A stretch of 64,000 bases of DNA, taken from NCBI GenBank assembly GCA_016282375.1, contig JAEEKI010000014.1, positions 85,791 to 149,790 on the forward strand. The letters are read 5' to 3'. The translations under genes and the position numbers were made by a program. Positions 55,200 through 64,000 of this stretch are shown in pieces. Numbering within the stretch: position 1 is the stretch's first letter; every line of letters starts with the position of its first letter. The notes under the pieces are model-generated. The model was not told where the DNA came from, ran no database searches, and saw only the letters and a program-made list of their open reading frames with translations. This DNA is from Bacillales bacterium (GTDB taxonomy: Bacteria; Bacillota_I; Bacilli_A; RF39; UBA660).

Positions 55200-57164
55200 C
55201 TAGTCTACAATATCTAGATTATTAGCAATTGTTTTGTAATAATCATTTTCTAGATATTTACTTGTTTTAATATATTCTTCGACATCATTTTTGGCTTGGA
55301 CAAGTATTTGATAATCATTTTTTAAATTAGCTATTTTAAATGTCATATCTCCATGTTGTTTAGTTCCAAACAAATCACCATGGCCTCTTAATTCAAAATC
55401 TCTTTCCGAAATATAAAAACCATCATTACTCTCTTCCATTACTTTTAATCTTTCATTATCTTGATTACTAATTAAATAACAATAACTTTGTAAATCATTA
55501 CGACCTACCCGACCTCTTAATTGATGAAGTGATGCAAGTCCAAATCTTTCAGCATTATAAATAACAATCATCGTAGCATTAGGAACATCAATACCAACTT
55601 CGATAACAGTCGTCGATATTAATATTTTAATAACATTATTCTTAAAATCATTCATAATAGCATCTTTTTCATTTTGTTTCATTTTACCATGAATAATTTC
55701 CGTTCTAATCTTATTTTTAAAAGCCATATCATATTTTTCTTTTAAAAGTTTAACACTTGATAAATCTAGTTCATCATTTTGATCTACCAAGGGAGATACA
55801 ATATAAATTTGATGACCTTTTTTTATTTCTTCAAGGATGGCTATTAAAACGTCTTTTATTTCATTTTCCTTTTTTACTTTCGTTATTATTTCCTTGCGTC
55901 CATGGGGTTTTGATTTAATCATGGAGATATCCAAATCGCCATAGATAGTCATCGCATATGTTCTGGGAATTGGGGTTGCAGATAAATATAGAATATCCGG
56001 ATTCATTGACTTTTTTTGTAAACAACTACGTTGATTAACACCAAAGCGATGTTGTTCATCCGTAATAACTAAACCTAGTTTATTAAATGTTAATTTATCA
56101 TTTAATATAGAATGCGTTCCAATTAATAGATCTATCTCACCATTTTCTACTCTCTCATAAATAGCAGTTTTTTCTTTAGCCGTAAGTGAGCCAGTAATAA
56201 CATCAACAGTCATTTTATAACGGCTTAATGTCTTTTTTATTGAAAAATAATGTTGTAAAGCTAATATCTCGGTCGGAGCCATTAAGGCTGATTGAAAGCC
56301 GGCGAGATGATTAGCATAAATAGCAACTGTTGAAACAATCGTTTTACCACTTCCAACATCCCCTAGTAATAAACGATTCATTTTTTTGTCAGAGGCTAAG
56401 TCTTCGGTTATCTCTTTCACAACTTTTTGTTGATCTTTTGTTAATTCAAATGGTAGATTATCAATAAACTTTGTTACTTTATTGTTATCAAATTTTTTTA
56501 AAACACCATTTTCTTGTTTATTCTTTTTATTTAAATAATTCATTTTAAAAGAAAACTCAAATAGTTCTTCGTATTTTAATCTTTGCTTAGCTAAATTAAT
56601 ATCTTCCATATTCTTAGGAAAATGAATCTTTTTAATTGCTTCCTTCAAAGATATAAAATTATTATCCTTGACAATTTGCTCAGGTATTTTATCAACATAA
56701 TTACCATATTCTAATGCATTAATAATAAGTTTAGAAATAGCATTATTAGTAATACCACTTGTCAAATGGTAGACAGGCTCAATATCCCCAGCTTTAATAC
56801 TAGTTTTGATATCACTTGCTGTAAAGGTATTACCTTTATACTTACCAATTAAGACAACACTTTTACCAATCTGTAAACTATTTTTTAGAAAGGCTCTTCC
56901 AAAGATAGCCACATTGACAATTCGGTTATTAATATTAAATTTAAAAGATAAACGATTCTTATGATTAAAATAAGAGGCTACGGGATTAGATTCAATAATA
57001 CCACTGACAATAATTGTCTCATCTGTTTGCGTTAATTCATTTAAGGCATAAATATTATAACGATATGGATAATATGTTAATAAATCATCAATACTATTAA
57101 TGTTTAGCTTTTTTAAATACTTTAATGTTTTAGGACCTATGCCTTTAATTTGATCTAATTCCAT
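55200..57164 (-). CDS. recG: ATP-dependent DNA helicase RecG
   Basis: Wedge/OB N-terminus. LLGDVGSGKT, TDEQHRFG and QLRGRVGR motifs. 654 aa. Confidence 0.9.
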   Translation of the reverse strand: MELDQIKGIGPKTLKYLKKLNINSIDDLLTYYPYRYNIYALNELTQTDETIIVSGIIESNPVASYFNHKNRLSFKFNINNRIVNVAIFGRAFLKNSLQIGKSVVLIGKYKGNTFTASDIKTSIKAGDIEPVYHLTSGITNNAISKLIINALEYGNYVDKIPEQIVKDNNFISLKEAIKKIHFPKNMEDINLAKQRLKYEELFEFSFKMNYLNKKNKQENGVLKKFDNNKVTKFIDNLPFELTKDQQKVVKEITEDLASDKKMNRLLLGDVGSGKTIVSTVAIYANHLAGFQSALMAPTEILALQHYFSIKKTLSRYKMTVDVITGSLTAKEKTAIYERVENGEIDLLIGTHSILNDKLTFNKLGLVITDEQHRFGVNQRSCLQKKSMNPDILYLSATPIPRTYAMTIYGDLDISMIKSKPHGRKEIITKVKKENEIKDVLIAILEEIKKGHQIYIVSPLVDQNDELDLSSVKLLKEKYDMAFKNKIRTEIIHGKMKQNEKDAIMNDFKNNVIKILISTTVIEVGIDVPNATMIVIYNAERFGLASLHQLRGRVGRNDLQSYCYLISNQDNERLKVMEESNDGFYISERDFELRGHGDLFGTKQHGDMTFKIANLKNDYQILVQAKNDVEEYIKTSKYLENDYYKTIANNLDIVD

Positions 57165-57289
57165 ATTACCTCCATAGTAATACTATATACTTTTTTACGA
57201 TGATTGACAATGAAAAAATATGGTTCAAAATTAGATGTAAATTTTATGTAAATATAATTGACTTTTAGGGTACTTTGAATTAGTATAGT

Positions 57290-57393
57290 AAATACCAAAT
57301 CACTTGAGAAGGCGATTTGGTGCTAGTATCACACTAGTCAACCCCTTTTTATTCTTTGAAGCCATCATTAACGTGATGGCTTCGTATTTTTTT
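57290..57393 (+). ncRNA. candidate small RNA, orientation opposite to both flanking genes
   Basis: TTGACT-17 nt-TAGTAT at 57258-57286. Stems ACCAAAUC/GAUUUGGU and CUAGU/ACUAG. Terminator GAAGCCAUCA/UGAUGGCUUC followed by a U7 run on the plus strand only. Confidence 0.3.
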
Positions 57394-57395
57394 AC

Positions 57396-57423
57396 AAAAA
57401 AACTGATCAAAAGATCAGTTTTT
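57396..57423 (-). terminator. nifJ terminator overlapping its stop codon
   Basis: AAAAACTGATC-TTTT-GATCAGTTTTT followed by a T-run (minus strand). Confidence 0.65.
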
Positions 57424-60400
57424 ATTTGTTAGATTTTTGTAATAATTATACCTTTTAATGGCATTTTGTTTTTGTTCTTCCAAAATCGTATTAGCAAGTT
57501 CACTATCTTTAATCTTTAAGGCTTTAAATCTTACTTCATTATCTAAGAAAGATTGATATTTATCAAAATCTGGTTCGGGCGAATCTAAATATATTTTTTC
57601 ATCAACAGAGCGCATCAATAATGTATAACCGCACTCAACAGCTAGTTTTTCCTCATTAATTGAACATGCTAAGCCATTTTTAATACCGTGTTCATTACAT
57701 GGACAATAAGCAATAATAATAGCAGGTCCTTGATGTTCTTCGGCCTCTTTAAAGGCTTTAATGGTATGCATCATATTAGCACCTAGACAAACGCTTGCTA
57801 CATAGCAATTTTCAATTGAACTAGCTATTCTAAATAAATCTTTTTTATTAGTCTTTTTACCAAAATCAGCAAATTCCGCAACAGCACCTTTATTCGTTGC
57901 TTTACTAGCTTGACCACCAGTATTAGAATAAACTTCCGTATCTAAAACTAATATCTTAATATTTTCATTAGAGTGTAAAATATGATCTAAACCATTATAA
58001 CCAATATCATATGCCCAACCATCGCCACCAATAGCCCAAACGGTACGAGCCGGAAGATATTCTTTTAAATCTTTTAGTTCATTAGGAATATTTTCATCTT
58101 TTAAATTATTAGCTACCTTGGTTGTAATATCAACATCGTTTTCATTATCCAAATATTCTTTAAATAAAGATTGAGTATCCTTATCAACAACATCAATAGC
58201 GTGCTCCATAACACTACGAATTTGTTTTCTTTTTTGTTTATATGATAAATGAATACCATAAGCAAATTCAGCATTATCTTCGAATAATGAATTAGCCCAT
58301 GGAATTAAATATGGTGTACTAGGACTACTTGCTCCATAGATACTTGAACATCCAGTAGCATTGGCAATAACTAGTTTATTACCATATAACTGTGTTAATA
58401 ATCTTATATAAGGAGTTTCACCACAGCCGGCACATGCACCAGAAAATTCAAATTTTGGTTGTTCTAAACTAGCACCTTTAATTGTAAACTTATTAAAGAC
58501 ATTTTCACTTGGTTTGTCAAACAGTTCCGTTGTAGGTTGAACATTTTCTTCCATCTTAAGGGATTTTGTTGGACATACAGTTGCGCATAAACCGCAGCCC
58601 GTACAATCTAAGTTAGATATACCAACATAGAAATTATAATCTTCTTTACCTGTTAATGGTTTACCAAAGTTTTTATCTTTCGTTACAAAGTTACGAACAA
58701 CAGCATGAGGACATACCATAGCGCACATCCCACATTCAATACAAGTCTTACTATCCCATCTTGGTGTAAGTGAAGAAATATTTCGTTTTTCTTTCTTTGT
58801 TAAACCACAAGGGATGGAACCATCCGCAATTGGCAAGACATCCTTAACTGATAATAAATCGCCTTTACGATTTTCCATAACAGCAAAAATATCTTCTTCT
58901 TTAGTTTGATGTTTATTACCAGCTTGATCAATTTGAACTGGCACGATGCTATCTAATGATTCATTAACAGCATTTGTATTATTATCGATAATATCTTGTC
59001 CTTTAGTAGCAAAAACTTTTTTGATAGAATCAAGAACTAATTCTTTAGCATTTTCAATACCTAAAAGTTTTAGAATATTAACTTCCATTATTTTATTAAT
59101 TTTACCTTTAATATTATTTTTAAAAGCAATTTTTTCGGCATTAATAATATTGATTTTCAAATTCTTTTTGTGAATAATATCTTTCACTTCACTAGTTAAA
59201 AAACTATTTAATTCCTCAGGATTCTTAATTGTATTAATTAAGACATAAGCACCCTCTTTGGCATCACTAAGCATATCATAGTGATTAAAGTACTCATCTT
59301 TGGTAATAACAATTATTTCTGGTCTTTCAACATAATATGGAGCATTAATTGGCTTATCCCCAATTCTTAGATGAGAAATAGTTACGCCACCACTCTTTTT
59401 AGAATCATATTCAAAATAGCCTTGAACGAATTTACCATGAGCGCTATTAACAAGCGTTAAAATATCTTTCGAAGCACTTACCATACCATCGGAACCAAAA
59501 CCATAGATTTTAAATTCACTAACTCCTAAGTCAATATTATAATCAGAAGTTGGCAAGCTTAAATAAGTTATGTCATCATTAATACCAATCGTAAAATTAT
59601 GAATTGGTTTACTACTTAACATATTATAAACAGCCATGATTTGATCTGGCGTCGTATTCTTCGAAGATAATCCATATCTTCCGCCGACAATTTCTAAATT
59701 CATGTCTTTAAGAGCACCAAGGACATCTAAATAAAGCGGTTCGCCAATTGAACCAGCTTCTTTAGTGCGATCTAAAACAGCAATTTTTTGGGCTGATTTA
59801 GGTAAAACATCTTTTAAATATTTGACACTAAATGGACGATATAAATGAACTTCAATTAAACCTAGTTTACTACCTTTGGCATTTTCCTTATCAATGACTA
59901 ATTTAGTCGTATCACAAACACTACCCATAGCCACAATAATATCGGTTGCATCGACAGCACCATAATAATTAAAAGGTTTATAATCTTTACCAGTTAACTT
60001 ATTTATTTCTTGCATGTATTCATTAACAATATCAGGCATTTCAATATACTTAGGATTTCTTGCTTCCATACATTGAAAATAAACATCTTCTGTTTGACTT
60101 GTACCAAATTGCTTATTACTATTAACATTTAAGGCTCTACTTTTAAATTCTTTCAAAGCATCTTTATCCACTAGTTTTAATAAATCAGTATCATTAAGTT
60201 CTTTAATGGTATTAAGTTCATGACTTGTACGAAATCCATCAAAGAAATGAACAAAAGGAAGCGAACCTTTAATAGCCGATAAATGAGCAACGGCAGCTAA
60301 ATTACCTGCATCCTCAACATTCGTCGAAGCAAGCATACACCATCCTGTTTGTCTCACCGCATAGATATCTTGATGATCTCCAAAAATGGAAAGTGCATGA

Positions 60401-60741
60401 GTTGCCAAACTTCTAGAAGCTGTATGAATAACACCTGGCCACATTTCTCCAGCTATTTTATACATATTAGGAATCATTAATAATAATCCTTGACTAGCTG
60501 TAAACGTAGTAGCTAACGAACCACTTATCAAAGCACCATGTACAGCACCCGCTGCCCCCATTTCTGATTCCATTTCCACTATTTCTGGTTTAAAATTAAA
60601 TAAATTATTTAAGTCTGTATGGGATAAAGCATCGATATTTTCCGCCATTGGTGAAGATGGTGTAATCGGATAAATTGCACATACTTCACTAAAAAGATAA
60701 GCTATTCTACTACAAGCTTTATTTCCATCAACGATTTTCAT
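57415..60741 (-). CDS. nifJ: pyruvate:ferredoxin (flavodoxin) oxidoreductase
   Basis: 1108 aa. Two 4Fe-4S motifs, CIECGMCAMVCPH and CTGCGLCATVCP. TPP-binding GGDGW. Confidence 0.9.
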   Translation of the reverse strand: MKIVDGNKACSRIAYLFSEVCAIYPITPSSPMAENIDALSHTDLNNLFNFKPEIVEMESEMGAAGAVHGALISGSLATTFTASQGLLLMIPNMYKIAGEMWPGVIHTASRSLATHALSIFGDHQDIYAVRQTGWCMLASTNVEDAGNLAAVAHLSAIKGSLPFVHFFDGFRTSHELNTIKELNDTDLLKLVDKDALKEFKSRALNVNSNKQFGTSQTEDVYFQCMEARNPKYIEMPDIVNEYMQEINKLTGKDYKPFNYYGAVDATDIIVAMGSVCDTTKLVIDKENAKGSKLGLIEVHLYRPFSVKYLKDVLPKSAQKIAVLDRTKEAGSIGEPLYLDVLGALKDMNLEIVGGRYGLSSKNTTPDQIMAVYNMLSSKPIHNFTIGINDDITYLSLPTSDYNIDLGVSEFKIYGFGSDGMVSASKDILTLVNSAHGKFVQGYFEYDSKKSGGVTISHLRIGDKPINAPYYVERPEIIVITKDEYFNHYDMLSDAKEGAYVLINTIKNPEELNSFLTSEVKDIIHKKNLKINIINAEKIAFKNNIKGKINKIMEVNILKLLGIENAKELVLDSIKKVFATKGQDIIDNNTNAVNESLDSIVPVQIDQAGNKHQTKEEDIFAVMENRKGDLLSVKDVLPIADGSIPCGLTKKEKRNISSLTPRWDSKTCIECGMCAMVCPHAVVRNFVTKDKNFGKPLTGKEDYNFYVGISNLDCTGCGLCATVCPTKSLKMEENVQPTTELFDKPSENVFNKFTIKGASLEQPKFEFSGACAGCGETPYIRLLTQLYGNKLVIANATGCSSIYGASSPSTPYLIPWANSLFEDNAEFAYGIHLSYKQKRKQIRSVMEHAIDVVDKDTQSLFKEYLDNENDVDITTKVANNLKDENIPNELKDLKEYLPARTVWAIGGDGWAYDIGYNGLDHILHSNENIKILVLDTEVYSNTGGQASKATNKGAVAEFADFGKKTNKKDLFRIASSIENCYVASVCLGANMMHTIKAFKEAEEHQGPAIIIAYCPCNEHGIKNGLACSINEEKLAVECGYTLLMRSVDEKIYLDSPEPDFDKYQSFLDNEVRFKALKIKDSELANTILEEQKQNAIKRYNYYKNLTNKN

Positions 60742-60783
60742 TTACATCACCATACTCATTATAAAATAAAAACTAGCAAAATG

Positions 60784-62016
60784 CTAGTTTTCATTAATTT
60801 CTAATTCAATACCAGTAAGTCTATTATATTTAGCGATTCTCTCTCCTCTGGATACAGAACCCGTTTTAATATAAGGAATTTTTAAACCAACAGCCAAATC
60901 CGCAATAAAGGTATCTTCAGTTTCACCACTACGATGAGAAATAATCATTTTATAATCATTATCTCGAGCAAGTTTTATTGTTTCTAAGAACTCAGTTACA
61001 GAACCAACTTGATTTGCTTTAAGTAAGATAGCATTGGCAGCATGATTCTCAATACCTTTTTGTAAGTATCTAGCTTGAGAAACAAAGAAATCATCACCAA
61101 CAATCATGATTTTGTCACCGGCTTTTTCTGTCAAAATAGCAAAATATTCAGTATCATCTTCATTAAATGGATCTTCAATACTGATAATTGGATATTTTTC
61201 AATAATATCTAAATAATAATTGCAAAGTTCTTCCGCCGTTAATTCTTTGCCATCTAAAGAATACTTTTGCGTATCTTCATTATAGAATTCTGAGGCTGCT
61301 GCATCAATAGCTAAAGCTATATCTTTACCTGGAACATAACCAGAAGTTTCAATCGCTTTTACTAAATATTTGAAACATTCTTCATTATTTGGAAGATTTG
61401 GAGCAAAACCACCTTCATCTCCAACGCCTGTAGAAAGTCCATCCTTCTTTAGCATTCCTTTTAAAGTAATAAACACTTCGGAAGCAGCACGTACTCTTTT
61501 TTCTTCGGTATCTAATAAAGGTACAATCATAAATTCTTGAATATCAAGATTATTATCGGCATGAGCACCACCATTAATGACATTAATCATTGGAATTGGT
61601 AAAGTATATTCTCCATCGCTAACATATTCGTATAATTCTTTTCCTTCTAGTTTAGCTAGACATTTTAAACTAGCAAGTGAAACACCTAGGATAGCATTAG
61701 CTCCTAAAGATGATTTATTGCTTGTTCCATCTAAATCAAGTAACAATTGATCTATTTTTTCTTGATCTAAATCCATGCCAACTATTTTAGGGGCAATCAC
61801 CTCATTAACATTATTTACGGCTTTTAAAACGCCTTTACCATGATAACGTTTTTCATCTTTATCACGTAACTCAATAGCCTCTCTTGAACCAGTAGATGCA
61901 CCAGAAGGAACTGATGCAATCGCACTAATACCGTTTTCCAAAACCATTTTAACCTCAACAGTTGGATTACTACGACTATCTAAGATTTCTCTTGCTTTAA
62001 CTTCTTTTATTTTCAT
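60784..62016 (-). CDS. eno: enolase
   Basis: EILDSRSNPTVEV, SHRSGETEDTFIADLAV. Confidence 0.93.
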   Translation of the reverse strand: MKIKEVKAREILDSRSNPTVEVKMVLENGISAIASVPSGASTGSREAIELRDKDEKRYHGKGVLKAVNNVNEVIAPKIVGMDLDQEKIDQLLLDLDGTSNKSSLGANAILGVSLASLKCLAKLEGKELYEYVSDGEYTLPIPMINVINGGAHADNNLDIQEFMIVPLLDTEEKRVRAASEVFITLKGMLKKDGLSTGVGDEGGFAPNLPNNEECFKYLVKAIETSGYVPGKDIALAIDAAASEFYNEDTQKYSLDGKELTAEELCNYYLDIIEKYPIISIEDPFNEDDTEYFAILTEKAGDKIMIVGDDFFVSQARYLQKGIENHAANAILLKANQVGSVTEFLETIKLARDNDYKMIISHRSGETEDTFIADLAVGLKIPYIKTGSVSRGERIAKYNRLTGIELEINEN

Positions 62017-62089
62017 ATTTCCTCCTAATACTATTATAATTCTTTTTGATAGGTGATTGCAAATAAAAAGAGATATATCTATCTCTTAT

Positions 62090-62668
62090 TTACCAAAATA
62101 TTTTTACAACCTTTTCGGCTCTTCTTTTTAACATAATAGTATCTGTTAAATCAAGAATACTAGAAAAAATAATAAAGGTTCCTATTAATCGAGTAAGAGT
62201 TAATTTAGCAAAGGGATTAAACATTACCATAAAACCAAAAATAACCAACATTAGACCAATAACAAAAGTTAGAAACCAAGAAGAATCATCAGCAAATTTA
62301 AACCAAATACTATAATTTATTTTATTACAACCAATCGTGATTAAATAAATACCAAATAGAACTGTTACAAATGAAGCTACCGAATATGGAACTAAAATAA
62401 TAAGTAAACCTAGAATCATTAAAATTAGGCCAAAAACGAGATTAAAACGATATAATTTAGCTCCTTGTCTTTTAAAGAACTTAGATGCACTATTAATACC
62501 ACTGATAAAGAAAACAATTCCGCAGACATATCCAAGAACTTTTAAACTTATATCGGGTAAAAAGAATAAAGAGCATCCTACCATTAATTGTATTAAACAC
62601 GCCGCAACAGAAAAATTTAACATCTTGTTAAAATCATCAGCTGATTTATGTATAACATATCTTCCCAT
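62090..62668 (-). CDS. DUF308/HdeD-like multi-pass membrane protein
   Basis: Six hydrophobic helices with repeated G-rich spacing. Weak family assignment. Confidence 0.45.
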   Translation of the reverse strand: MGRYVIHKSADDFNKMLNFSVAACLIQLMVGCSLFFLPDISLKVLGYVCGIVFFISGINSASKFFKRQGAKLYRFNLVFGLILMILGLLIILVPYSVASFVTVLFGIYLITIGCNKINYSIWFKFADDSSWFLTFVIGLMLVIFGFMVMFNPFAKLTLTRLIGTFIIFSSILDLTDTIMLKRRAEKVVKIFW

Positions 62669-62790
62669 ATTAAAACCTCATTATAATTATAATTCTTTTT
62701 TAATATTTATGCAAATAATTAGTGACATTTAATTATACATTGTGGTATAATAATAACCTTTTTGATAAAAGGAGATATGGAGTAAAAATT

Positions 62791-64000
62791 ATGTTCATAA
62801 GAGAACTAACTATTTCTGAGTTTACCAATTATGCAAAAGAAAACCAATATAGTAATTTTCGTCAAACACTTGAATATGCATTACTAAAATCAGAAAACGG
62901 ATATGAATATGAGATAATTGGCTATTGCGATAAAAGTAATAATATATATGCTGCGGCATTAGTATTAGTCAAAATAATTGATGGATATCTTTATGCCTAT
63001 ATTCCTGCTGGATTTTTAACCGATTTTGATAATCCTGGTATAGTTCATGAGTTCACTGATGCTTTATATAATTATTATAAAAAAGAAGACATAGTCTTTA
63101 TTAAGATAAATCCTCTTATCCCTATTGCAGAAATTAATCCTAAAACGCATGCTAAAAAATATAATGAAAATTACAAAGTAATTGGCTTATTGGAAAATTG
63201 TGGATTTACGAAACTAGATGATTCCCTTAATCTTGAATCTATGCTACCGCAAACTAATGCTATCGTGGATTTAGATGAATTTGATATTGAAAAACTCAGT
63301 AAAAATACTAAAAACAAAATTCGCAAAGCTATACGTAAAGGTTTAACTCTTGAATTGGGTAATACCAATAACATTCACCTTTTAAACGAATTTGTTCAAA
63401 AAAAGACTAATAAATCAGACTTTTATTATAATGATTATTATAATATTTTTAAGAAAAGCAGTTATATTGATTATTTTCTAATTAGCGTCGATTATGATAA
63501 ATACATTATTAATTCTCGAGATGCTTATGAGCATGAAATTCTTAATAATAATAAACTAAATGATAAACTTCAAAAAAAACCAGGTCTAAAAAATGTCAAT
63601 ACCAAAATGAATTCTGATAAAGCTTTAATATCATATAAAAATGATATTGCTATAGCTACTCACCGAATGAATGCTAATCAAAAAGAATATATTGCTGGAG
63701 CGCTTGTAGTAAGATATGGGAATATGGCAACAGTAGTCATCAGTGGTTACAACAAAAAATATGGTACTTTTTCACCAAATTATTTCTTATATTATGCAAT
63801 ATGTAACTATTATAAAAACGAAGTTAAGTATTTAGACCTTAATGGTATATCAGCAGACTTTTCGAAAGATAATAAATACCATGGATTAAATGATTTCAAG
63901 TTAGGATTTAAGCCTTCAGTATATGAATATGTTGGAGAATTTGATTTAATTATTAATAAAAGAGTTTATAATCGTTTATTAAATAAAGGAAGTCTAGAAA
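62791..64000 (+). CDS. FemAB-family peptidoglycan interpeptide-bridge aminoacyltransferase, 3' end outside the window
   Basis: Not in the ORF track because it has no stop. I translated 403 codons from the ATG at 62791 without meeting a stop. GGAG RBS. C-terminal GLNDFKLGFKPSVYEYVGEFD resembles the FemAB GlyrFKkgF motif. Confidence 0.7.
   Translation, partial: MFIRELTISEFTNYAKENQYSNFRQTLEYALLKSENGYEYEIIGYCDKSNNIYAAALVLVKIIDGYLYAYIPAGFLTDFDNPGIVHEFTDALYNYYKKEDIVFIKINPLIPIAEINPKTHAKKYNENYKVIGLLENCGFTKLDDSLNLESMLPQTNAIVDLDEFDIEKLSKNTKNKIRKAIRKGLTLELGNTNNIHLLNEFVQKKTNKSDFYYNDYYNIFKKSSYIDYFLISVDYDKYIINSRDAYEHEILNNNKLNDKLQKKPGLKNVNTKMNSDKALISYKNDIAIATHRMNANQKEYIAGALVVRYGNMATVVISGYNKKYGTFSPNYFLYYAICNYYKNEVKYLDLNGISADFSKDNKYHGLNDFKLGFKPSVYEYVGEFDLIINKRVYNRLLNKGSLE

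Overview
Strongly AT-rich, standard-code (TGA used as a stop) window. It is most consistent with a low-GC Bacillota genome, based on a SipW/TasA-type export locus, an S-box riboswitch and a FemAB-family gene; this placement is inference. All family calls were made by eye from motifs in the ORF track; no searches were run. Four blocks are visible.
(1) 1-5.2 kb, housekeeping: polyprenyl synthase, SWIM protein, archaeal-type phosphoglycerate mutase, EamA transporter, pyrH.
(2) 5.4-25.9 kb, a defence-type island entirely on the minus strand with no integrase or transposase in view. It holds a TM protein / PHP-ABC-ATPase / small protein operon; a five-gene operon dpnM-AIPR-dpnA-dpnB-GmrSD-like (DUF262/DUF1524); a membrane-anchored Pif1-like helicase; a NERD protein; a helicase-IV-like UvrD helicase; and a four-gene operon of LRV-repeat MoxR-like AAA+, a degenerate AAA-like protein, a VWA/metallopeptidase (DUF2201-like) and a small Mrr-like protein, preceded by a structured leader with its own terminator.
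(3) 26.4-51.5 kb, a very large envelope locus. It encodes about nine exported proteins with TasA/SipW-cognate N-termini (TM followed by TYAWF / TYAFF / TYAKY-type motifs), three SipW-like signal peptidase paralogues (one canonical, two degenerate), a 2965-aa beta-helix-repeat giant protein and a DUF4097-like protein. Translationally coupled in the middle is a membrane-anchored McrB-like GTPase with a nuclease-less McrC-like partner. I consider this McrBC-like module inside a fibre/export operon the best candidate for an undescribed system.
(4) 51.5-64 kb, housekeeping: SAM-I riboswitch plus an unusually short MetK homologue, a LOG-family/HD-nucleotidase cassette flanked by 21-22 bp direct repeats, recG, a candidate antisense-oriented sRNA, PFOR (nifJ), eno, a DUF308-like membrane protein and a 3'-truncated FemAB-family gene.
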